Notes: generated from the letters alone by a model not told the origin. Shown: positions 38,701 to 53,700, counted from the stretch's first letter. The stretch is 64,000 nt of DNA from Lingula anatina (GCA_051362555.1 CM120642.1:7998001-8062000), one strand, 5' to 3'. Made by a program: numbers and translations.

Positions 38701-41700
38701 ACATCTGGAGGTATTAAAATGCAGGTTCAGAACTTTAGAAAGGGCAAGGGGATTGCACTGCATGCCCTCTTAAATTTGGAGGCTAAAGAGGGATTGCAGA
38801 ACAGGATACTCCATCAAGTGTATTCTTCCTGAAGTTTGAAATAATAAATCTTTATCTACTCCTTATATTATTATTTAAAAAAAATTAATCCAGTCTGAGT
38901 GTCCATCTACTGACCAGGTCATCCTGCCAGGGAGGCTGCGGGTCAATGGTATGTCTGACATCATCATCGTCTTGGTCATCAGAGTAGATGTTGACCCTAT
39001 GGTCCCAGCCCACAGATACCACATACCTGAAGTGAACAGCAGGTGTTATAGCAATTGATTTGAAATATAACTGCAACTTAAATGTTGAAGTTTTACAAGA
39101 CTATTGTTACAGTAGGCATTTTGTGCTAGCAGTGAACATTTTTTACGTCTGTTTCATTAAGCTGAAAACTATTATCAATAATATCAAAACACAATAACTG
39201 TAAAACAAAATACCAGGATACACACAAGATGAAACTGGTTAATTGATTATTTACTTATTACATTCTACTTGACATGGTGCCTTTTCAATTAATAAAATAT
39301 TTTCCAACAATGTACTTGATTAAGGAAAAATATTGATTGTATTAACTTAATATTTATGCACTTATCATTAAAGCATATCCAAAATGAATGTAAAGCCTTC
39401 CCTTTTAATATGAGCAACCAAACAAAAAAGCAAAAAAAAAAAAAAAGACTGCACAGAAACCCACACAAAAACACAAAAATGCCTTCAAATAGCAACTAAA
39501 AAGTTATCAAGAGCAATAATAATAACAAACATATTAATGGGACATTGCCATAAAAGATCACATGATAATTTCATTTGTATGTCAAAAAAAAAAAAAATCA
39601 TTGTCATTAAGTCAAAATATTGTTCTATCTAACAAGCAATTGGCTGTAATTTCAAATCCCAAGCCTCATAAGGAAATATAGTCTTTGACACCGAGCTAAG
39701 AGATCTGCAAGCATGTCTATGTCTAATCATATGTATATCAAATTGAATAATACACTGTTTACAATTTAAGCATGTCATTGGTATTTACAAAGAAAAGTGT
39801 AGATTTTCTGCTCAATATGCACCAACTGCAAAACATAAGTCTTTAATAGCGCCCTAAATACCATTGCCTAATTTGCTGTCTAAACTCTCAAAAATGACTT
39901 TTTAAAATCTCTAAAAGCATCTTTAATATCGCCACCTAATTTTCTGTTCATACTTCTGAGAATGACTTTTACAAAATCTTTAAAAGCTCCCTGAATATCA
40001 CTGCCTAATTTGCTGTATAAACTCAAGATATAAACTCAAGCTCTATGATGTTGTATGCAAGACAGCTTGCAAACATCTACCTCTGTGGTCTGATTTCAAT
40101 TTCTGTGTTAACATCAAGTAACTTCCTGTATCACAGTAGTATTGAAAAAAATTATTATCAACTGAACAAATAAAAAGATGATAACACAAAATATTAACTA
40201 AAATTTAACTAAGAAGACTGGGGAAATCATTACCAAACAACTAAGCCATGTATGATGTTAACACCCATGTTTTTTAAAAAAATTAAATATTATAATTAAA
40301 AAAAATCTTTACCAAACAGAGAATTAACCATGGCCTTATTATTCTGAACATCAAATCTCTGCACAAATTCAAACAAGAAATGAATATAACGTCAATAAGA
40401 ATCATGATGCATCAACTGCATTTGAACCCAAACAGCTATACCTTTTATATATTCCAGTCTTACTAATTAAAGAAGTTTTTAAAGAAATTAAACAAAAAAT
40501 TTAATGGCAACTTTTAGCATGAGACACAGTAATCTCCCACTGAAGATTAGTATTAAAGGATAAATATGAGATAAGTCTATATACATTTAAAAGATCACAG
40601 GAAGAATTACAGAAAAGAAAGGTTACCAAGCTAGAAAAATAGTCAAATGTTAATGTTGCATATGAATATGTAGGTTAATTTGCCACTAACATTTACTATA
40701 AATATTTACATTATGGTATTCACTACAAAGCAATGTTCTCTGCTCCTTGACTTACCTATTCTTGTTCATTTCTATATATGCACAGGAACAAATCTCATCA
40801 TTGCCAGACTCTGTAAAATGAGGAAGAAATATCATCAATTCCATAAATGATATTGATTTAACCAAACCATGATAATTTTATCTATTCAGATCTTAGTGAC
40901 AGTTTTATTTATAGTTTCAACCATCAGAAAAGAATTAAAAGAGATGCAACTGATGAAATCGAGGCAAGATGGATGGAAAGAGTTTATAATAAAAGCAATT
41001 AAAAAATTTAGCAAAATTCACCCTCACAAAAGTGCCTTCACTAGAAAATGAGACATTCAAATAATTATTATAACAATAAATATATATTAATAATAATACT
41101 ACTACCTTTCATTAAAACCCTGAGACAATGTCCATTGTTGTAGTTCCATATTTTAAGACAGCCATCTCTGGCACCAGTGATACACCTACAATCAAATAAA
41201 TTAAATTTCAGGACCAAAATTTTGCTTTTGATCATTTAACCAAGAAACACAGCTACCAAACAATGCTATCTTCCAAGTATTATATGATTTAATTATTTTT
41301 TCACAAGACAGAATTAGTACACATTCCAGGTTTTTATGTATATAATTAGTTTGCAGTTGTATCCCAACATTATTTTGTTCTAGATCAGATTGTATTATAC
41401 TAAAGTAAATATATTACAATTTGCACAAAAAAAGCCCTTCCAACTGCCATGGTCTAAGAACTTAGAAGCCCAAATAAAAGAAGTGGTAAGTAATTGAACA
41501 AATTTATGGACCTTTTACTGGCATTTGCCATTTGACTGGTGCTAATACCATAAACAAGTATAATATATAATAATTTGACTGGTGCTAATACCATAAACAA
41601 GTATAATATATATATATATTATACTTGTTTATGGTATTAGCACCAGTCAAATGGCAAATACCAGTAAAGTGACCTATATTACCTTCTGCCTGTGTTATCA

Positions 41701-44700
41701 AAGCACAAGCATGTGATGGCAGCATCCCCATGAGCATTACTGAAGTCAAAGATTGGGTTGCCACTTTCAAAATCCCATAGCTTCACTGTCTGCAAAATAC
41801 ACAAACATAACTACTTAAAACAAACTCTTGACTATCTGTATTCAAATTAATTTCATACTCTTAACATACAATACACGGATGAATTTTTTATTTCCTTTGT
41901 AAACATAAACATTTGTACATAAGTGACAAACATTCATTAGTAAATAAATCAGTATAGAGTGTATATTTTATAATATCAACTAAAGAAAAGCAACTAATTA
42001 TACTTCAATTCACATACAAGCATCGGCAAAAATTGGAATACAGGCAAAGGAAATTCATGTATCAGACTGACTGAATATGTGTGCACACCCATACATGCAT
42101 ATGCATATATGCTGACATACAAATGCATGTACCATATGCACGCAAGCACATAATGTATAAAAGAAAATACTACTATACTTACCGAGGCAGCTGAGCATGT
42201 GATGATTTGTTTGAACTGAGGGTTGTATCTGGCTGTATGGACTGGGTCTCTGTGAGTCAGGACTATTTCTGCTTGTAAGATTGGCCTGAAAATATATAAC
42301 AACAGTCTCAGTATCCTTAACTTGTTTCACATGAACTCATTTTCAGAAGCGGGTTTTCTATAATGACCACACTAAGTCATCTGAGTGTACTTTTCTAAAC
42401 GTTGAGTGATAATAAAATATGAAACATATAGAAATTTTAATCATCTAATAATAATTTGTCAAATAATTGCTTTGAATTCATACATTTCCTGTACATTCTC
42501 AGCAATCAATAAACTTTGTTTTTAATAACAAGCAATAGCAATTTACACTACAGTAATGATGAAAATCCAGGTGGACAACCAAAGCTAATATGAGCATATA
42601 TACTAACATATATCATACTTAGTAAACTTATATATCGAACCACGGCCTTCGCCATGTCTCCCACCTAGCAGAGATAACTTACCTGGACTTGATGGCCAGT
42701 AGAGATATTTGGTCAGTGGCCACAACTAGACATTTGTTAGGGGCAGAGTAATAACAGGACTGCAAGTCACCCCGAATTTTGTGACTCTTTGGACGTACTG
42801 TTACCAGACAGTTCTGGTCTTGTATATCCCAGACCTAAGTGGAGATAAACAGGGTGATTAGCAATAAGCCGATCAGTCATAAAGGTGTAGAGATTCTCAA
42901 TATCATATAACAGATTAATTACAGTATCATTATGACGCCGGTATACTACTTCAAAGAAAAGAAAATGTTAGTCAAAAATAACAAAATTTTTAATTAACTG
43001 TAAATGAATAAGTATTTTAAAAATAAAAAGGAATATATTTATTCAGTTCATCTACTCAGGTGTAATTTTTAAATTCATCTCACCTTCACACATTTGTCTG
43101 TGGATATACTGAAGATCCTGTCATCTTCCTCAGAAACAAACAAGTAGAAAATGGGAGCATTATGACCTCGTAGCATCCCTGTTGGTTTTCTGAATAAAAA
43201 AAATGACCTCAAAATAAACCATTCAGTGAACTTACTGTCAATAATATTTAACTGCAAAGAGTTATTTTACTTAGTAGCCAAGTGGGTCCAATTAAAGCTA
43301 GAATTTGACTAAAACAATTTTTCTCTATATCCATAAAGATCTCCTTAACAATCAAATTTAGTATTTAAAATAATCAATGAAATGAAGCCGATTTAAGACA
43401 AAAGCAGACGACTTACGCTGGCACATAAGGGTTCCACATTCTTACTATCCTGTCCATACCTGAAGTGATATAAGAAACCATTTATAATTACTAGCTCTCA
43501 ATTTTTTATCATTATTTAGTTTAATTTTTCAATTTCTCCAACTCAATCAAAACATAACAAATAAAATGTTTCAAGTATTTAGTCATTAATGAATTAATAT
43601 GATCTGCTGGCGATACAATTTACAACATAAAGTAATTTTAGTTTAAAGTCAGTCTGAAATCAACTTCTACCACAAGTGTCAGATGTGACCTGTGCCAGCT
43701 TCTCCATTTTCAAATCTCCATATCTGTATACAGAAAATGAAAACAAAGAAATTTTCACACACTAGATATGAACCTCAGGGTACTCACCTCCTGTCACCAG
43801 TGTGTTCTTATCCTTAGAGAAAGCAAAAGTCTTCACTCCTTTATACACCCTGAAGACATGTTGGTCTGAAGGGAGGCGTTCTTTAGGAACAGCATAAGCC
43901 GTGTTCGTCTTGTTTTTACCCTTGGAGGAGTTATCCACCAGTGTGTTTGAGTCCTTGGTGTCCTTCAACTGCTGGTCAACATTGGTGCTACCTGATGTAC
44001 AACCTGGTAATGGACAAGGCAGAGTGACCAAATAGTTTATACGTTAAAACATGTCCTGATGATAAAATATGAATAAAATGCTGTTCCACAATACTCCACA
44101 TACCGCAAGTAACAAAAAGTTTTCTTTCAAAAAATAATTTTCCTGCAGCTAGCTGTAAACCTTTAAAAATCTTTTCGTATTTTTAAAAAATGACATCAAG
44201 TTATCCCAATTTACCCTTTCACCAAAAAAAAAAAAAGCATAATTTATAAATAATATCTTACCTATGACTAGTGCTGACTGGGAATGATTAGAACAAGAAA
44301 TCACCTGTCCAATTTCATCATAGTACTTCACCTGTAAATATAAAAATATCAAAATATATACCAAATATAGCAGAAAGATTGGGGAAGACCAACTGAGAGC
44401 TTGGATTCTTAGACTGAAAACCCTGAATTGAAATCAGCATAGATGATCAAACTACTCCTGTCTCTCCCTTCCTCCCTCTCCTCATTCTACCCAACTGCTG
44501 CCTCTTAACCTACAACAGTTTAAGCCTCTTCTCTCTTTTTTAAAATATTTGCTACCAGAACAAGCCAGAAGAAAGAAGAAAAAACATAAAATAGTACAGT
44601 TATTCACTGACCTCCTGAACCCAGTCTCCATGCACCTTCCACCTGATGAACTTGGTCATTCCTCCCCCAGCCACAGCCTCTATTCCCACTGTGGCTATCC

Positions 44701-47700
44701 CCTCCACCTTGGGCATCTTCTTCCACAGCCTCAGGCACTCCCCAGTGTTCTCTATGGACAGGATGTTGATACAGCCAATACTGTCCCCATACAGAATCAG
44801 ACACTCATCAGGACCTGTGCCACTGCAATGAAGGAATGAACAGTTAAATATACAAACATCAAATATGTTATTATCAGAAGATTAATGCAACTGGGAACAT
44901 CTGCACTCTCCACTTATGGGTATTTTTCCCAACATTTTATGAATGATGAATTAAAATTATTAATGTCAAACTGTTGATTTTATGTGTGAAAATACCAATT
45001 TTCAATAGCAAGGGGACATTTATTACAAATGCCCTGCATGTGTTTCAAATATCCTATGCAGAAATGTGTGGGTCCAGTGTTTAACTTGCAGAAAATCAAG
45101 GCTTGTAAAGATAAGGGGAATGGAATGAATTTAGGCATAATTGCATGTCTACAAACCAGTTAGGTTAACTGAGGTCAGAATCAGCAATAAAGCAATAAAG
45201 TAAAATTACCCAGATTGGTTTTTATATCTGGAGAGAAAAAGTCTGATAACCAAATGTAAACATAAATGGTGCCTTAACAGCCAAGTTGGCTCAACCCTAC
45301 TCTGCAAAATCCAGACAATCAGATATAGATAAGCACACCACTGATTTCTCTTTCTCTCTCATTCACTGATGTTCTCTCTCTCTCAAATGGAAACCCCAAG
45401 TCCCAAAATTAGTACAATAGATAGGAGAACAGAGAGTTGCATTTTTATCACAAAATAATCAGGCAGTATGTATACTTCATGATGTAAGAATGGGATAACT
45501 GATATTATAACAAATAATTTCACAAACAATTAATTGACAATAATTACAATTTAAATTATAATCAATAAATTACCCTCACTCACCAGTAATCAATCTTGAG
45601 AGGCACAGTCTCCAGTCCACTGATCTGGCAGTAGGGTTCAAAAGATGACAGCTCATAAAACTGGATCTCACGGTCCCTAGGGAAACAACAAATAATAAAA
45701 CAATAAGTTGCTAAAATTGAAGAATTTATTGGTTCAGTTTTCAATGACTCTGACAAGTTTTATTATAATAATTTGCACATTTCATTTATTTACTAGTAAC
45801 CCCATAGTTTACAGTGAAATTGATGAAAAACATTCCTTGGTAGTCAAGAGTATACAGCATGCACTGACAGATAAGTATATTTTTAAAGTGCAGGCGTGTG
45901 TGCGTGTGTGTTGAATGGGATAGTCTTACCCTGTAACAACAATGATTTTGTTGAACTGTGGCATCAGGACCATGTCTGTGATCCACTTCTGCTTGGGTTT
46001 CATGGCAGGGTCATTGGGCTGTTCAACAGAGTAAAAGGTAAGGCTTAAGTTTTGCTAGTTGTCAATACCATGACAGAACACCATCAAAATAATATATTCA
46101 AAAACAACTTGATTTATTTTCCATAAGCAGCTATGTTACTAAAAGTTTTACAAAAGGCATTAAGAAATTAATAATTTTTTAAAATTTTCTCCATATTGAT
46201 GCACATTTTGAATTAGCCACCAGTTCTCTTTAAAAGAAAATATCATGGATTTATTCGATGTTTTATATCACACAGCTACAGAAACAGACAAAATGTTCCC
46301 ATCTTACCACAATGGACCTGACTCTCTTCAAATCAAGATTGCCATTCCAGAAAGACACAGTGCCATCCTGGAAATATAAAACATACAGAATCAATTGGTA
46401 TTCTATAATGATTAAATTTCAATCAAAGTTTCAAACAAGCTCTCAATTGAAAAGCTATCATAAATTAAAGTTTCTTCCATCAAAAATAAATATCTCCTAC
46501 ATGTTTTCATTATTTTCAAATTTCAAAAAGATTTTTTACAGTGGAATTCATCATTCATTTTTCTAATTTTCAACAGAAAAATTCTGCTTTTCATGATGCA
46601 ATAATTTTCACAGATTATTTTTCAATAAGGCTCATTAAAATCTCTTTGAAAAAACTGTAAAAATAAAATAAAACAAACAAACATCAAATTCTGCCATACT
46701 ACACCTACCTGGCTACAAGCAAGAATGGTCCCGTCTGACGCGTCAGTTATCTTTAGCACAGTGTCCCTGTGAGGCGTTGTTTCTATCCTGGCAGGCAGCT
46801 GGAAGGACACATCTTTAAGTCGCCTGTATGAATCTTCCTTCTCAGCATACTCCAGCTGCATGTATGTACAGAACTCATCCCAAGTGATGAGCCCATCAGA
46901 AGAGTAGTCAATTTTGTAAAATAAGGCATCAATTTGTTGTTCCTGTGAAAAAATGAGATTATATGAACAGAAAGCACTGGAGTACTGGTTGGTGTGTGTT
47001 GTCATTTTGTAAAATACAGTTTCCACATTTAATACTCTTTAACTAAGTACTATATTTACTTCAACTGAGAAAAATTTTGGAGAGACAAAATGCCAACAAA
47101 AATACATTAAATGTAGGAGGTTGTATGTATAACTATTAATCATAAAATCCAAGACTTCACTGCAAATATCAAAGGAGCTAACAAGCCAGAGCATTCAACA
47201 GTAGAAGTATTCTTTTTATCTTTATGCAAAATAAACATCTTTGCAAAAGTGAAAAGATTTCATAAGTCAAAAAGATCAAACAGAAGTTCAATAATTCTGA
47301 TCACCAGTTACAGTGGTTCCCAAAATTAACATGCAAAAATTATTATAATGATAATTGCATGCATTTTGCCCTATACATATGTCTGGTGAAAAGGTGCCTT
47401 TAAAATTTAATACAGTAAAATGGACAGAATAAAAAAAATAAGTGCCTCATAAGCTTATGTGGTAAACTGGATATAACCATAAATAAATTTTACCCATATA
47501 ACAATCTGCTAACACCAGTGCTAGACATATCTCAATTTGCCTCCCAACACCTCCAGTTAAAATGTCCATTAGTAAATGTAATTATTTTCTCTTATAACTA
47601 CTTTTGGTTATATCTGGGGAGTGTATATTGAGGGGTGCACATGGGGAAGGGATGGTTAGGGTAGGTTTCCTAATTTGGGAGAGTGAAGACTTAAGATAAA

Positions 47701-50700
47701 ACATTGGAAAATTAACTGTGAGTTAATGGTTTTAAACTTTTAGACTTTGGGTCTTAAACTATTTTTACAATAGTTTGAAATAGTTTGAAATGTTTCTGAA
47801 ACTTTGCATTTAATTTTCTTTTTTATTTGACTCTTATCTTTAATATTAATCTGCTGTAATCTGCAACACACTACGGGAATCAAATTATCCAAAGCTTATA
47901 AAAACCAGCAAATCTTAATGCATGATATATACATAATGCCAGGAGCAAATTCCAAATATGCTGCCACACGCTTCCATGGATTATAAAATTGCATGCATTA
48001 TATTACATCTATAACAATGTGGTGAAAGCAAACTGCTAACAAAACTGGGCCTGGGTCAGGAGTCATATTGCTGCAACCTACTGTTTCATGGTGTTATATT
48101 GGAGGCAAGGGACTACAGGGTGGAAGGTAAGGGGAGACAGCATGCAGTGCATGGACCCATTCAAACTGGAATAATCCTTAACCTTGGAACTAAGGTCTGA
48201 TTTTACAGACAGATGTGATTAGAGATATGCTAACTTATGTGAAATGAATATGTAATACAGTATGTGTTAAATCTAATTCCAAATGAGATTAATATACCTT
48301 AAAAGAATTAAATTAATACACTATGGTAGTTACCCATAAATTTTGAACATCTTACATGCAGTGTTTTATTTACCTCTGCGTCATGCGTAAAAAACGCATG
48401 AATCCTAAAATTGACGCAAAAAAATATGATCTAGTGCGTCATTTGACCCTAATGTATGACAGCCACAACCAATTACTTTCAAAAGTGTTGTAATATTGCC
48501 GATTAAAAACCTACATGTACTAGTACATGTAGGTTTTTAATCCTACATGTACTAGTAGGCCTATTTCCGATCGTTGTTGTGTTGCAAAAAAGTATGTCAA
48601 CTTGCCACCGATAGTACACTACTAGTACAATGCTGCTATAGGCACAATACGGGTTTTTAAATTCAATTTAAATATTTTATTGTGTTTTAAGATCCAAATG
48701 TAATTGGTTTGACATAAAAAACAGTTTAGTCCGCAAACTGGTGACAGAGATTACTCTAAATGGTTAAAATATGTTACACTACGTGTATAAAATCACAGGT
48801 GAAATGTCTAGTATTGTGTTTTTATGTTTAATAGTCAAAACATAATTTTTCCAGATTGGAATATAATTTGTTATTGCCGTAGTAATTATCTATTGAAATT
48901 CCTTGTCTTCATTTATCTACTTTTTTTGTGTTTGACAATCTTATTCCCTCCTATATAAATTGTTTTCCATTTATGTCCATATAATTTTTAAAAAATATTT
49001 TTTTACATACTAGTCAACACAAAGTTTATCCATATCAATTTTAATTTATCGTTTATCTTGGTGATTTTTTGTTCATATATCTACCTTTAGGTTTAATCAT
49101 GTTAATAATCCTTTGTTTTAACGGTTTTTGTAAGAAAAAAAAAATCAAAATGCATACTTTTGTCCATATCATTTTGAAGTTGTATGACTATTAGTGTGTT
49201 TGTTGTCATATGTTGAATACACTTATACAAAAGCTGTTTTTTTTTCTTTTTTTTTTGTATTCTTCAGTTCCTGTAGATAGAATTCTATACTTTAAGTCTG
49301 GAATACAACAATTACAAATAAACAACCTCAATTCATGTACAATCTATTTACATAATATATGGTTGTATGCATCATTAATAGTTAAAATTACCCATTCCAA
49401 AAAGGCGGGAAAATTTTGACTCCTGAAAATAAAAAATGACTCGTAATCTGCAGTGTCAGCGAGTCATCTGACTCTCTAGTTCCAAATTGTAAATAAAACA
49501 CTGTACATGGTCAAAACATTTAATCATTTAATTTTTTGCTCTTCCAAAACCAAAATATCCTGAATTTATGATGCTGCTCAGAATTTTTCACAATATTTTT
49601 TTGGGTATCATAAACATATTCTGGTTTTGAAAAACAAACTTGTCTGATTTTGTTCAATGAGAAAATATCGTAGGTTGGATATATCTAGGTACAGTAGTAA
49701 GACCATATTTTCATAATAGCAGTTCAGAAGCATGCAATGGGCATGTATCATTTAAACAGAAAAAGTCAAAAGATGAAATCATGGCAATAAGCTAAAACAT
49801 CTATAAAATATCATCCTCATGCATTTAAATGTATAATAATGCAGTGTGTACAAAACTCATACCAGTACTGTTTCCTTTGTCTGAAATGGAGATTCAACAC
49901 AAATATGGTTTTAATGAAAATTAGTATGCATTGTTAGTGTCATCAAGCAAAAAGAACATGAATTTTTACAACATTTAATATCCTACTGCAATCTTTTTTG
50001 CCCAGAACAATGTTCAAAAGAAGCATTTTAAAATAGAACATCTTGTCTATTTGGATGAGACATTATCATTCATGATAAATATTTTGGACAAGGCAATTTT
50101 TTTTAATAATAGAGAAATTACATTATTCTTAAACTTTACCCAACATTGCCATTTATGGTAAGAATGCTGCCAGATACTAATTTTGAACATTGTGGTAGGC
50201 CCTTTAATAAAACTAAAAACCAACTGAGCAGAGCTATAGAAATGAAAGAGTTCTTAAAATTATATAATCTAAGCAACTGTGAGGACATCAGAATGAATTA
50301 CACAAAATCAAAACAAATTTTTTAATTCACTACTATTGCTAGATTAATTCAAAGAAAAATCAACGCTGTTATTTTACAACATCAGCCACAGAACGTGAAT
50401 TTTCTAACTCAAATCACAAAAATTGTGGGTTATAAACTGTTATTAAAAACAACAAAAACCAAACAAAAATAAACACTCTGTAGTCTACGAGTACTAATAT
50501 TAATCATTCCATTATAATGTACAACAATACAATAGATATCATACCTTGGTCCCTTCAAGTTTGAGCTTACTCTTCAGTAGAACTTTAAACTCGTCTAGAT
50601 CTAACTCTCCTGATCCATCCTCATCAGCTTCCTCAAACGCCTGCTTCAACAGGTTCAGTGTGTCAATGTTGATCTTTTCTTCAATCTGCAAACAGAAAAG

Positions 50701-53700
50701 TTATATTTTACATATAATCATAACTATTTTCCCATGAAAACTCTCCTCAATGAACTTTGTTTAATCTTATATCAGATCCTGCAATCAAATGACACACCTT
50801 CAACTAAAACCTTTTACCTTCATGATTTTCCTGACATTTTGTGCAAATGATCAAAATTACACCTGGAATATGCAATAGCATCATATTCTTTGATGTCTGG
50901 CTGGTTTGGGTGCAATTTACAGACAAAATTTGATATTTTCAATCACCTTAAACGTTTCTAGGCTCAACGTTTCTAGGCACAATGTATGTTATTTTGCCAC
51001 CTGTATGAAGTCTATTATAAAAACTAGTGAATATACAAAGCAAACAAACAAATGCCTTTGTCCTTACAACAAAATAATACCTACTCGTTTCATCTGTGAA
51101 ACTTTTTGAGGCCACAAAATACTTATAAAAAACTTCATACATTTCCTTTCACCTTAGGCCAACTCTGAAATTACTTTCTTATCACAAAATCACACATCAT
51201 AAATGTATTGTAAATGTGCCTAGCCCCTGCTGATTAGAAATAAAACTGGAAAAAGTGTTCAATATCAATGGTGTAGCTTAGACTTTAAAAGTCACGTAGA
51301 GGCATGATCCTAGATTGACGAAACACCACTGGGGTGAAACCTTGTTACTGAAACATATCTTTCCACTATATCTTATTTACCGACTGCTGGGTTAAATAAT
51401 ATATATATTACAAAACACCTCTGATGTATCACTGAAAGGCCTTCCTCTTGGATGAGGAACTGGTTTTTTCACTTCTTCTCCTCCGCCAGTTAGAAATGTC
51501 AAGTCTGGTAGTGTTCTAAGGAAATATTTTGCCATATCTTGTAGTTGCAAAGTCAACTCTTTGAACTGGTTCTGTAAGAGCACTTTCCTGAGCACAAACT
51601 ATGAGATTACTTGCAGGTAAAGTACCAAATGAATTTTACATCATACCTTATCGCGGTCACTTGACCATAGTGTTAACTGAAGGTGTATATGTATGCAAGC
51701 TCATGCCACATCTCATCTCAAATTCAGGAAGTCTAATAAATCACTCTAACAACAGCCTTTTTTTTTTTCTTAATGATCTGTTTTACCACATGAGCAACCA
51801 ATGGCAAACAAGTTGCAAATTACTAGCCATCTTGTAGAAGAGGTTTAATTTCATTCTCTGTTACCGTCTCTAATTTTCAATGAATACAAATTGGAAAATT
51901 AGAATTTCATTTTAATTGCTTCCTTAATCAAATTAACAGTCAGAATCCCATCTTAGATAAACTTTATCATTTAAGTTCTAAAACTATATACACAAGACTC
52001 AAAATAAAGAACATTTCCTTAAACTGTTATCATGGTTTACATGTATCTTGCAAAAATAAAAGAAGATAAAAAGCAATAAAGAAATTTAAAAAAAACATAA
52101 AAGTCTGCATTCTGCTAATATTTTACCATATTATATACTATCTACTTATACCATTTCCCTCAACTAAAAGGGTTCCTAGGCATCAAAAATTTGTTTGTGT
52201 ATCAAAGTCTCTCCCTCATCACCCTAATCACATTAAAATTCCACACTTTCTCAAACAGGTGGCTTAACATTGACAGGTACTTGCCTGATTGCAAAATCCT
52301 GACTGACTTATCTCTTGAGATACAAAAGAGAACTTATTGCACTTGCTATAGAGGAGGAAAAGGCCAAAAATTCAAAACTTTAGGTAAAATGATGCTATTT
52401 CTTTAGCCAAAATTAATGGCATATGGTGTCAAATTGCCATACAATTGCGTTTCAACTCCCAATTTTATAAATCTTTTTTTTTTTTTTGAAGAATGTATAC
52501 CTTCTTTTTCAAAGCATCTTCTGCTAAAGCTTTCTCAAACTTTTCATTTTCATCTTTCTCTCTCCTGGCTTCTTCATCCTCTTCAATTCCATTCTCACCA
52601 GTATACAATGCGTTTGGTATCTGTGTATAAAAAGCTTTGCTGTCCGTTTTGGGAGCTTTGTCAACGGTTGAAGAAGATGACACAGAACTTGTTGGTGACA
52701 AGGACCTGTCGCCATCCTCAGAGTACTGATCGTCTGACATTTTGCGATTTTCTTAAAATGACACTGCACAAGAAAACCTGTGAAATGTAACAATGGCAGT
52801 TTTCATTTGACACAAAATGAGACCATCTCAGCATTGAAAATCAATCTCCTTTTGATTCATTCCAACAACCAAGCACCATGGAGTCAGATGTCCTGTATAC
52901 CTTTGATGTGAAATAAGCACCAAGTTTATACACCCTGTGTCCACAACGTCAACAAAATCTCACCGGGTTGGGAGTTCTCAAAACAAGTCTTAATCTATGT
53001 GTTAGAAACTGAAGCCAGGTAACTCATCAACGGCTTATGTAAAATAAAATGTCTCGTCCCTACTTCGCAATACATTCATGCTACCCATGAAGTACGCTCT
53101 CTGTCCTAGACGAGGGTCCCAATAAAGTAATAAACCATAAAAATCCCATGAAAATCCTTCTATTTACTGCACTGGTCATAGCATTGCCTTCTTCTCTAGT
53201 AACTAGTCTCAAACCTGGCTACGACATCACCTAAATTGTTATTCATTCAAATAAGCAGTTGACCAAATCACAATGAAAGAATTCAACAGTTGCTAAACAC
53301 AACTTAGGAACCAGTCAAAGAAACTATAACACTGAATCATAATGGGACCACCAGTTGGCTTACACAGCAAATAAAAGTGACCAGCCCCCGGAAATAATGC
53401 CTATTGTGACCATTGCAGTATGTTTTTAATCTTAAGTAAATTGCATTTGCATTGCTTCTGGAGCACTATTTACGAAATACACTGCATAAGTTCAAGTTAC
53501 AAGTGAAAGTAAAGAGTCAATATTTACGCAATGCTTTATTCTTTATATGATATAACCAAATCACTATTATTTGTTTAAATTGCTTTATAATCTTATTTCG
53601 CTAAAAAAACTATAGCTTTTTATTCTGCAAGAGGGCAGCAGCAACCACTTATCCAACAAGACAGACTTTCCACGTTTGAGCAGGGATATTACGCATCTGG

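Noticed and set aside
51265-51340. GGTGTAGCTTAG resembling a tRNA/SINE A-box
   Set aside because: No B-box or cloverleaf follows.
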